Below are positions 47,864-55,708 of a stretch of 64,000 nucleotides of DNA, one piece after another. This DNA is from a virus (lineage: Duplodnaviria > Caudoviricetes). Each line of letters starts with the position of its first letter. Position 1 is the stretch's first letter. The DNA lies in IMG/VR virus record IMGVR_UViG_3300025389_001023, positions 32,001-96,000 of that record, one strand, 5' to 3'. The position numbers and the translations under genes were made by a program. The notes under the pieces were generated by a model, which saw only the letters and a program-made list of their open reading frames with translations, was not told the origin of the DNA and ran no database searches.

Positions 47864-48162
47864 TATGTTAATTCCTTTCCGGTTGAAATAGTATTTACAA
47901 CATTTGTCGCATATGTAATACGTTCTGCGGATAAATTTTTGTAAGAAACAATATTAGGTTCTTTTCCTTCATCCATGATAATGTGAGTTATCTTAAACTC
48001 ATTTAACCAATAGTCATAAAAGCTACCAAATTCAACGGATATGTTGTCAGGTGTGCTTTTAAGAATAGTAGCGGCTATGTCTGAGCCTACTTTTTCTATT
48101 AGCCAATTTTCAAATGTTGGAAAGTTGGCTGATAATTCAGATGTAAATGCATGTGTACTCAT
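47863..48162 (-). CDS. Hypothetical protein (paralog of the previous ORF)
   Basis: Same motif set as the previous ORF. Confidence 0.6.
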   Translation of the reverse strand: MSTHAFTSELSANFPTFENWLIEKVGSDIAATILKSTPDNISVEFGSFYDYWLNEFKITHIIMDEGKEPNIVSYKNLSAERITYATNVVNTISTGKELT

Positions 48163-48292
48163 GTGTATAAAATTCCTTTGATATATGTATTTAGCTATAA
48201 ATTACATTTTTGCTTGTTTAACTACCGGACTATAAGGATTTCGTGGTCTATCAGTCCCGTCATCTTCTGGATACACGGGGTACTGATTAGGA

Positions 48293-49117
48293 TCAATCGT
48301 CACTAGCGTTAGCACCGCACTTTGCACGTTTAGCATTTGTTAATGCTCCAAAGTCTACTGGCCACTCTTTACCAGGCTGTAGTTCAACTGCACCAGCCGG
48401 AAATGCAAATTGTACTCCTGCTGTTTGTTGTATCTGTGCAATTGGAAGTCTAAATTTAGTTAAGTCATTGCCCAAGTTAGGATAGGGTGCTACATGTGGG
48501 AATGCCCAACCTGCAATTTCTTTAGTTTGATTATTGATAACAATCTTATAGAAGCCATGTGGTACAACTACACCTTTACCAATTGTCTTGTCGCCAGCAC
48601 CATAAACACCACCTGCAATAACTGTATATGATTGGTTACGTTGTACTGCCCAACCACGTACTGATGTTTCAAGTAATTTCCAAATACCACGATTCAATGA
48701 ACCAGCTTGTGGACTCATGTTAGTCATTAAGAATGATTCATATTCAACTTGTGGATCCCAACTTAAATCACCATCAGGAGCCATGTGACCCTTGTCATAT
48801 CCTGTAGCCGCATAATCACCTGGAGTAGCACCATTCGGTACGCTTTGATCCGCGGCAAATGCGTTAGTACGTGCAACACAACCTAATGCGTTTTGTGGCA
48901 ATAATTCGTATGTTACATACTTTGGTAACTTAGCTGCCGCATCATATCCTACTAGATATGCTTGACGGCAAATAGGAGTTACACCAGCAGTTTGCGGGAA
49001 ACCATATGGTGAATGTACCTTACAAGTTTGTGGGTCTTGAGGAGCACGTTGTGTCCATGCATAACTAGTTGAAATGCTTAGTATCAATAATGATACTGCT
49101 AATAATATTTTCTTCAT
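48293..49117 (-). CDS. Secreted DNA/RNA non-specific endonuclease (NucA-like)
   Basis: Signal peptide; YDKGHMAP, TNMSPQ...LNRGIWK.LE. Confidence 0.9.
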   Translation of the reverse strand: MKKILLAVSLLILSISTSYAWTQRAPQDPQTCKVHSPYGFPQTAGVTPICRQAYLVGYDAAAKLPKYVTYELLPQNALGCVARTNAFAADQSVPNGATPGDYAATGYDKGHMAPDGDLSWDPQVEYESFLMTNMSPQAGSLNRGIWKLLETSVRGWAVQRNQSYTVIAGGVYGAGDKTIGKGVVVPHGFYKIVINNQTKEIAGWAFPHVAPYPNLGNDLTKFRLPIAQIQQTAGVQFAFPAGAVELQPGKEWPVDFGALTNAKRAKCGANASDD

Positions 49118-49146
49118 TTTTTAACCTTTTTAATGTTGTGATATAT

Positions 49147-49962
49147 TTATACAAAACGTTTCTTGTAATCTAAAAAGTTTGCCATTCTATCTTCTAGTCC
49201 AAACATGGCATTGTTTATTTTTTTAGTAACTTCAACTGTGTCACCAAAGTTTCTAACGTTGGGTTTAACTCTTGTATTCCAATACCATACTGCAATCTTT
49301 GCGGCAACATCTGGTTTTTCTGCTAACTCAGGGTGACTTAATAAATCAATACCTAAGGCATCACTTGCCATTCTATAATTATCACGTCCTGTTAATTGAA
49401 TAAAACCTCGTCCATGATACTTTGCTCCGTCGCCCTTATTTTTGTTACCTAAAATCTTAGCAGTTTTAGGTGCATATGTAGGATCGTATTTTTTAGCAAA
49501 ATACTTGTCAGCATCTCCTACAGGTTTTTCTTGTAATCTACCATAGTTCCATGATTCATGTTTAGCCTGAGCCATGAATTGTGCTAACTCATCACCTTTT
49601 AATCCACTCTTAGTAGCAGTTTGATATAAGATTTTTTCTGCTTGTGGGTCTTGAGTTGGAGTAGCAGTTTTTGTAACTTTATTTTGCTGTACTTGTTTGA
49701 TTAATTCTTGTGATGGTGATTTTGTTTTAGCAGTTATATGTTGATGAACGCCAGGCTGATTTTGAATAGGCTTGGCATCAACGTTAGCATGTCCACCTAA
49801 TGCGGCAGCACCTAATGCGGCTCCTGCTACCCAGTCTTTCCAACCTTCTTCTAAATCATCAAGTTCTACAAGATGGCGATACATTTCATCGCCGGTCCAT
49901 CCTTGCGGTGCACCTGCACCAGCATTACTTACATACTCAATGACAAATTCTTTGGCTCTCAT
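49147..49962 (-). CDS. GH19 chitinase-like lysozyme with an N-terminal extension
   Basis: FMAQAKHES, GRGFIQLTGRDNY, VTKKIN...GLEDR. Confidence 0.88.
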   Translation of the reverse strand: MRAKEFVIEYVSNAGAGAPQGWTGDEMYRHLVELDDLEEGWKDWVAGAALGAAALGGHANVDAKPIQNQPGVHQHITAKTKSPSQELIKQVQQNKVTKTATPTQDPQAEKILYQTATKSGLKGDELAQFMAQAKHESWNYGRLQEKPVGDADKYFAKKYDPTYAPKTAKILGNKNKGDGAKYHGRGFIQLTGRDNYRMASDALGIDLLSHPELAEKPDVAAKIAVWYWNTRVKPNVRNFGDTVEVTKKINNAMFGLEDRMANFLDYKKRFV

Positions 49963-50727
49963 TTAACCACCAGTCCATCTTGCATATAAACCAGTATAAT
50001 AATTCATAAGATAGTCGCTGTAATACAATGCACTCAATTTTGTTTTGACTGCAGGTTTCAACTCAGCGGTTCCTGGTGTAACATCAAACGTAAAATATAT
50101 TTCATCTTGACCTGCAGTTCCTATATATTGCCCGCCTAATTTACTCATCAATACATTAATTCGTTCTTCTGCTTTTGCATTTCGTCTGTTTATAGCTTCT
50201 ATATCAAATTTATCATGCTGTTTTTTATCTACTTGTCTATCAGTTTTAAGTTCACCTTCATCTAGCACAACATAACCTTTTATCTCAACACCAGGTATGT
50301 TAGCAAGACTTAACCAATTTTTTCTACCACCGGGTGTTTGGCTAGTTCCGGCAAGTAGCGTAATTTTCAATATAGTTAATGCAATGCCATACAATGATTT
50401 TGCAATACCTTGATTACGATAATCTTCATCTACTGTAATAACATTTACGCTATATGCATTACTAATAGGAAAACTATTTTTGTGAGAATCTAATAATAAT
50501 GAACCAATTACCTCAGTCCCTGATTTGTCTAACATATTAATAGTTAAATCGCCGCGGGTGCTGTTGGTAGAAATTGCGTAGTTGAATCCGCTACCGCCTG
50601 GTAATGGTTTTACATCTTTACCATTAATTTTTTTAGTGTGGTACGGATCCTTTAAGAACTCTTTACCACCAGTAAAGTCATATTTACCAATGCGTTCAAT
50701 TTCTGTAACAAAATCGGTAGCTCTCAT
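49963..50727 (-). CDS. GNAT-fold protein
   Basis: VDEDYRNQGIAKSLY...QTPGGRKNW; start MRATDFVTE. Confidence 0.65.
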   Translation of the reverse strand: MRATDFVTEIERIGKYDFTGGKEFLKDPYHTKKINGKDVKPLPGGSGFNYAISTNSTRGDLTINMLDKSGTEVIGSLLLDSHKNSFPISNAYSVNVITVDEDYRNQGIAKSLYGIALTILKITLLAGTSQTPGGRKNWLSLANIPGVEIKGYVVLDEGELKTDRQVDKKQHDKFDIEAINRRNAKAEERINVLMSKLGGQYIGTAGQDEIYFTFDVTPGTAELKPAVKTKLSALYYSDYLMNYYTGLYARWTGG

Positions 50728-50728
50728 T

Positions 50729-51169
50729 TTATGCACGTGCCTTTTTTAATGTGCTACGCAACATCCAAGCCTTCTTGTTATATAATGCTTGTAATTCAGC
50801 CATGTAATTAGCGATATCTTGTGCATTTTGTGCTGATGCAATTTCAAACACTTCAATAATTAATGCGATAATTTGTTCGCTGTTTTCTAATAATTCAGCC
50901 AACATCAACTCAGCACGTGGAATTTTATATTGTTCTTCAATAATACTTAACTCAAGCATTCTTGCCACGCTACCAGGAGCATATGTATCCAATGCTCTGA
51001 TATGTTCAGCAATAGTATCAATTGTTTCGTATACTTCACCGTACATTGTGTTTAAGAATTCATGATATTGTGGGAAGTCAGGGCCTTCAATATTCCAATG
51101 AAAGCCATGTGTCTTAGTGTAAAGCACAAAACTACTACCTAATAATGTTTTTAATTTATCTGCTAACAT
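50729..51169 (-). CDS. dps: Dps family ferritin-like DNA-protecting protein
   Basis: HGFHWNIEGPDF..H, DTIAEHIRAL, KKAWML. Confidence 0.9.
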   Translation of the reverse strand: MLADKLKTLLGSSFVLYTKTHGFHWNIEGPDFPQYHEFLNTMYGEVYETIDTIAEHIRALDTYAPGSVARMLELSIIEEQYKIPRAELMLAELLENSEQIIALIIEVFEIASAQNAQDIANYMAELQALYNKKAWMLRSTLKKARA

Positions 51170-53159
51170 TTTTTACCCCACTCATTATTGATGATTCGTT
51201 CTTTGATGTTTTTGCAGAGTCTTTAAATGCTTGTGCTGTGGGCGCGCCTTTGCTACCAGGCTTACGCATGTGTTCATGTGAACCATGTTTAATGCGTTCA
51301 CGTTTTGCATGAATATTAGCCCATAGACCCGGGTGTTTGCTATCAGCTTCCGCTACGCTTTCATTCCATTTCTCGCCACGCATCTGTTTTATAAATGTAT
51401 TGACTTCCATGAAACCAAGATAGTTGTTGTCTACCAAATATTTAATAATATCTTCTAATGATTTACCTTTACGCATCTCTTTATGAGCAAAGTCTACCAT
51501 GTTGTAAAAACTGTCTTCGTGGTCAATAAACTCGGCATCGTGTTCACCTTCCGCTAGACCTTTTTGTTTTCTAACCCAGTAGTCAGGATTATGCCCATAC
51601 AATTTAGCAAACATAACATGTAAGTCTTTACCATCATTGCTTAAATTATATTTTTTAGAAATAGCTTTCATTAATCTATCAACTGTGTCATAATCTATAT
51701 TAGTTAATTTTTTTAGATTTTTTGCTAATACTTTTGCAGGACGATTACCATCAACTTGTGCACCTTCCGCCACACCTTGCTTTACGCTTTCCATAGTTGA
51801 TCTTGAGGTATTCATTGCTTTAATAAGCGAGGCATATAATTTATCACAGCTAACAATTACTGGTTTTAATGATTGTTCTATATATTGATTAGGAGATTTA
51901 GTATACAATGAATATTCTCTATATATCAACTCATCTTGTATTTTATCAGCAATTTGTTGTCCCAAATACTTACCAGCAATTTGACTTAGTTTAGCCCCTT
52001 TATTTGCAAATTTTTCATTTTTACTAATTTCATATGCTAAAAAATAATATGCGGAACATTGTGCGGCAGTTTTGGCTATTTCGATTGTATTTTTATCTCT
52101 TTCGTCTTGATTTGTAAATTGTTGGCCATTGGCAACACCAGTCGCACCAGCACCCACAGCCGCCGCACCCAAGCCCTTTAAGAATCCTCTACGGTCTACT
52201 TCTTCTAATGAGCCTTCCGCCACACCTTGCTTAACAAACTGAACATTTAATTTAGCATTTTTCCACAATGGATTTTTAGGATCCATTCTTTGCTGTAGTA
52301 ACCATATAGCAGATACTCTGTGTGCGCCATCTTCAAACTTACCGTTTAATACTATTGCCGGAGGCAACTTCGCTAAACTTTCTGGATGATCCTTCAAGTA
52401 AGTAGCATACTCTATAACTTTTTTAGTGACGCCCCAACTATAATCTTTAGCGTCCCAATCATCAACTACATTATTATAATAAGGCACCCCCGGCACAGAT
52501 GATATAATATCTTTTACAGTCATTTGGCGAGTTTGTATTTTAGCATCGGAGCCAAACTGTTTTGGAGCACCTGAACTTGGTCCCGGTTGAGGGAAGCCTT
52601 CCGCCACACCTTGCTTGGCCATGGCAATTGCTGCCTGTTGTTTTCGTGTATGACCATGACTATTTTTTGCAACTTCATCCAACTCATCAGGATTTTCTAA
52701 TTCATATTCTAAATCTTCAACTTGATTTTGTACATCACGTAGTTTATCTGTAAAGGCTTCTTCTAGACCATATACTGCTGATTCTAATTCATTGAATGCA
52801 TCTAACACTTGATTCTCTGCATAGCGCAACTCACTGGCATCAATACCTGCTTTTTGTGCCAGTTGCTTGATACCATTCATGATACCATGTATAGTATCAT
52901 CATGCTTAATAGCTTTAGTTGTTTGTCTTACTTGATTGATAACAGCTTCTAAATTATATTGCTGTTGTTGCAATTGTTGAAGATTTTGTTGTATTTGTTC
53001 TTTGCTTTCAGAAATCATACCCAATGATTTCTTTAATGCATCAGCTACACGCTTTTTACCACCCTTATCCATTTTATCAATAAGGGTTTTAACCTGCATG
53101 TAGTTAGTAGTATTAGCAATTTCTGCTTTTTCTTCTTCGGTAAGTTTTCTATAAGACAT
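51156..53159 (-). CDS. Mosaic multi-module protein, putative head-cargo polyprotein (includes a ParB-like module and an internal Tat-like motif)
   Basis: Modules separated by QGVAEG/GLAEG/SVAE; EDGAHR ParB-like motif; DRRGFLKG. Confidence 0.6.
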   Translation of the reverse strand: MSYRKLTEEEKAEIANTTNYMQVKTLIDKMDKGGKKRVADALKKSLGMISESKEQIQQNLQQLQQQQYNLEAVINQVRQTTKAIKHDDTIHGIMNGIKQLAQKAGIDASELRYAENQVLDAFNELESAVYGLEEAFTDKLRDVQNQVEDLEYELENPDELDEVAKNSHGHTRKQQAAIAMAKQGVAEGFPQPGPSSGAPKQFGSDAKIQTRQMTVKDIISSVPGVPYYNNVVDDWDAKDYSWGVTKKVIEYATYLKDHPESLAKLPPAIVLNGKFEDGAHRVSAIWLLQQRMDPKNPLWKNAKLNVQFVKQGVAEGSLEEVDRRGFLKGLGAAAVGAGATGVANGQQFTNQDERDKNTIEIAKTAAQCSAYYFLAYEISKNEKFANKGAKLSQIAGKYLGQQIADKIQDELIYREYSLYTKSPNQYIEQSLKPVIVSCDKLYASLIKAMNTSRSTMESVKQGVAEGAQVDGNRPAKVLAKNLKKLTNIDYDTVDRLMKAISKKYNLSNDGKDLHVMFAKLYGHNPDYWVRKQKGLAEGEHDAEFIDHEDSFYNMVDFAHKEMRKGKSLEDIIKYLVDNNYLGFMEVNTFIKQMRGEKWNESVAEADSKHPGLWANIHAKRERIKHGSHEHMRKPGSKGAPTAQAFKDSAKTSKNESSIMSGVKNVSR
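51763..52616. repeat. Exact 20-bp repeat ccttccgccacaccttgctt (codes KQGVAEG on the minus strand) at 51763, 52213 and 52597; degenerate copy at 53301
   Basis: Read directly from the sequence. Confidence 0.9.
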
Positions 53160-53161
53160 GA

Positions 53162-54316
53162 TTATTTCTTCTTATTTTTGTTATCTAACATACCACGTTT
53201 GTTAGCTGTTTTCCAAGTAATAGTTTCTGCTTCTTTTTTACCATGACCAGCTTTGATTTCGCTTTTCTTTACGTCTTTAACAAACTTGTCTACTTTTTTA
53301 CCTTCTGCTACACCTTGTTCTTGACCCAAAGCCTGTTTAATAAATGCTTGATGTTGTGGTTCTAAATCAGCCAGCATTTGTTTTGCCTGAGCAGTTTTAT
53401 ACTGTTGTCTTGCTACATCTGCCATAGCATAAGCACTGGCTAGTTTTGAAGCCTGGCTAGCTAACTCTGGATTATCTTTTAACCAAGAACGAATACTTCC
53501 ATAAGCACTAGCTCTATCAACTGGATTTAAATCTTTTAATTTATTAAGTTTACCAGCAACAAATGGATCCATACCCTCTGACATTTTTCCAACATTTTCA
53601 TCAATTGGCTTTTCTTCTGTACTCAATACTTCATGTACAGTTTGCAGTCTGTCATTTGCCACTGTGATATAACTATATTCCCATGTGTCTAGTTTTTTAC
53701 CTTGCTTTAATAAAGCATAAACTAATTTTGAATTCTTTACAATATTACGTAACTCACCTTCAGCCATTGAATCCATTTCTGAACCTGCATCACAACTGGC
53801 TTCATATGCTAAACCACCTGCAATCACACCACCATTTTCATTCATAGCATCTGGATCATGTTTCATTTCTTGTGCGCTAATTAAATAATCCATAACACTT
53901 ACCATCATGCTTTTAACAGCACCAATCTTTTCGCTCATCCATTCTGGGAATTCATCATGTGTTGATAATTCTTTATCTAAGTGACTTGCCACACGAACAA
54001 TAGTATGTAAACTGTTTTTGAATGTTTCACCCTCTGAGTCTCTGTCATTTGACATAAATCCAGATTTTCTTAATCTACCTAGTCTAGGATTAAGAATAAT
54101 ATCGTCTTCTTCTAATGTTGCCTCTGAAACTTTGCCTTCAATAATACTGTTGGCATAAGGACCTTTTTTCTTGGCTTTACCTGTCATTACTTTACCAACA
54201 GGTTTTAATCCTGGAACATTTACACTTTCACGTGTTTGTGTACTTAACGGCATAGCTACTGTAGATATTGATCCAGCTGTAGTAGTTGCGTTTTCTATTA
54301 TTTGCTTGATTCTCAT
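53162..54316 (-). CDS. Mosaic multi-module protein, putative head cargo
   Basis: MRIKQIIE start, two related helical modules, QGVAEG linker; GATAAATA upstream. Confidence 0.6.
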   Translation of the reverse strand: MRIKQIIENATTTAGSISTVAMPLSTQTRESVNVPGLKPVGKVMTGKAKKKGPYANSIIEGKVSEATLEEDDIILNPRLGRLRKSGFMSNDRDSEGETFKNSLHTIVRVASHLDKELSTHDEFPEWMSEKIGAVKSMMVSVMDYLISAQEMKHDPDAMNENGGVIAGGLAYEASCDAGSEMDSMAEGELRNIVKNSKLVYALLKQGKKLDTWEYSYITVANDRLQTVHEVLSTEEKPIDENVGKMSEGMDPFVAGKLNKLKDLNPVDRASAYGSIRSWLKDNPELASQASKLASAYAMADVARQQYKTAQAKQMLADLEPQHQAFIKQALGQEQGVAEGKKVDKFVKDVKKSEIKAGHGKKEAETITWKTANKRGMLDNKNKKK

Positions 54317-54368
54317 AGTGGTTTCCCAAAGTTATGTAGTATTTATCAAAAAATTGTAATAAAGAAAC

Positions 54369-55694
54369 TTAAGAAACTTTGCCGTTTGTTCTGGCTGTTG
54401 GTGGAATACCTGCTCTACTGGTTTTCCAATAAAATGCTTTTGCATTCTTTTGTAGACTATCAGGACGAACATCTACTGTAAGTGCCGTTTTAAATCGTGG
54501 GTCGTTTCGTTGAGCATAACTTGGAATATACCCTGAGGCTTCATTTACTGACGGTTTCAAACGGGTCAATTCATACATAACTAGGTCACCATTATCATGT
54601 GTCATTAAATCATAACCCCAAACCTGTGCATATCTATGCACCATCCTATTATATAATTTAGCTCTACTTTCTGTTTCTTTTCCGGACTCATTTGCTTTAC
54701 TGGCTGAAAAAAATATGTTAACCGGGTGCTCTTTTTTGATGAATTGTTGAATAGCAGACAAAACAGTAGCAAATACTCGTTGAGCATCTCCTTCACCGGT
54801 TACTTCCTGGCTGTTGTTTCTATAAAATTCTACCTGCCATTCTTCATCACCTTCCTTGTTGAACATAATACTTAGATTAGTTCCGTCTGGTAATTTTACT
54901 AGTGCATCATAGTCACCAAACTCACCTTTTTCCCATGTCATGGGATAGGGTTGGTCAAAGGCTTCATCAATATTTTGATACATAGTTTCAATGGTTAGTG
55001 TTTCACTATGTAGTTTGTTTTTCAAGTCGTATAGTTTAGTGATATAACCTTGACTGCGTAATGCTTTGTATGCCAGATTTTCAGGACCAAACTCACCTGC
55101 TTTGTCTAATCCAGCTTGTCTATATCGTTTGATTGTTTTTAGTATCTCGCTTACTTTTTTATATTTTTTAGAATGCAACGCTAACTTTGCTAATTTCAAC
55201 AGTTTTTCATACTTGTGTTTGGTAGCTGTTTGGTCAAAGTTTGCTCTGCGTTTAGTTGGAATTCTAAGCCACTTGTCATTCATTAAACTATACTCACCTA
55301 AACTAACAACAGGTTGACTGCTATCTTGTACGTACAATTCAACAGGAACACCATGTATTTTTATATCATGTGTGTCGTTGTATATTGTTTTCTTTGCATC
55401 AAATAGTTCACGATAAACATCATCGTCAGGATACTTGCTCATGTCAACTAAGATGTGTAAATCTAAGTCGCTATGAGGTGTATAGCTATATGCGGCATTG
55501 CTACCTGATACTGTGATATCTTTTACATCTAATCCATTGATACCAAGTTCTTCTAAAAAGTCTTTGGTAATGATTTCCAGTTGTTTCTTCACTTCAGGGC
55601 GTAGGTGTTGACCAGTCCAAAGTTTAGGATTCAAGTGGTCGTGAAATTTAACTGCATCAGCAATAGTAAATGAATGTAATTCTTTAATGTCCAT
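54369..55694 (-). CDS. Pol-beta superfamily nucleotidyltransferase with additional C-terminal modules
   Basis: VSGSNA...SDLDLH...VELYVQ. Confidence 0.75.
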   Translation of the reverse strand: MDIKELHSFTIADAVKFHDHLNPKLWTGQHLRPEVKKQLEIITKDFLEELGINGLDVKDITVSGSNAAYSYTPHSDLDLHILVDMSKYPDDDVYRELFDAKKTIYNDTHDIKIHGVPVELYVQDSSQPVVSLGEYSLMNDKWLRIPTKRRANFDQTATKHKYEKLLKLAKLALHSKKYKKVSEILKTIKRYRQAGLDKAGEFGPENLAYKALRSQGYITKLYDLKNKLHSETLTIETMYQNIDEAFDQPYPMTWEKGEFGDYDALVKLPDGTNLSIMFNKEGDEEWQVEFYRNNSQEVTGEGDAQRVFATVLSAIQQFIKKEHPVNIFFSASKANESGKETESRAKLYNRMVHRYAQVWGYDLMTHDNGDLVMYELTRLKPSVNEASGYIPSYAQRNDPRFKTALTVDVRPDSLQKNAKAFYWKTSRAGIPPTARTNGKVS

Positions 55695-55708
55695 CTAGTA
55701 TTTATGAT

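Noticed and set aside
48202-48303. Possible 33-aa GTG-start ORF (TIDPNQYPVYPEDDG...) overlapping an imperfect hairpin
   Set aside because: There is no clear RBS, and coding versus RNA structure cannot be decided from this sequence alone.
51763-52616. The 20-bp repeats as CRISPR repeats or insertion-sequence ends
   Set aside because: They are in-frame direct repeats inside one ORF, hundreds of bp apart, with no transposase nearby.
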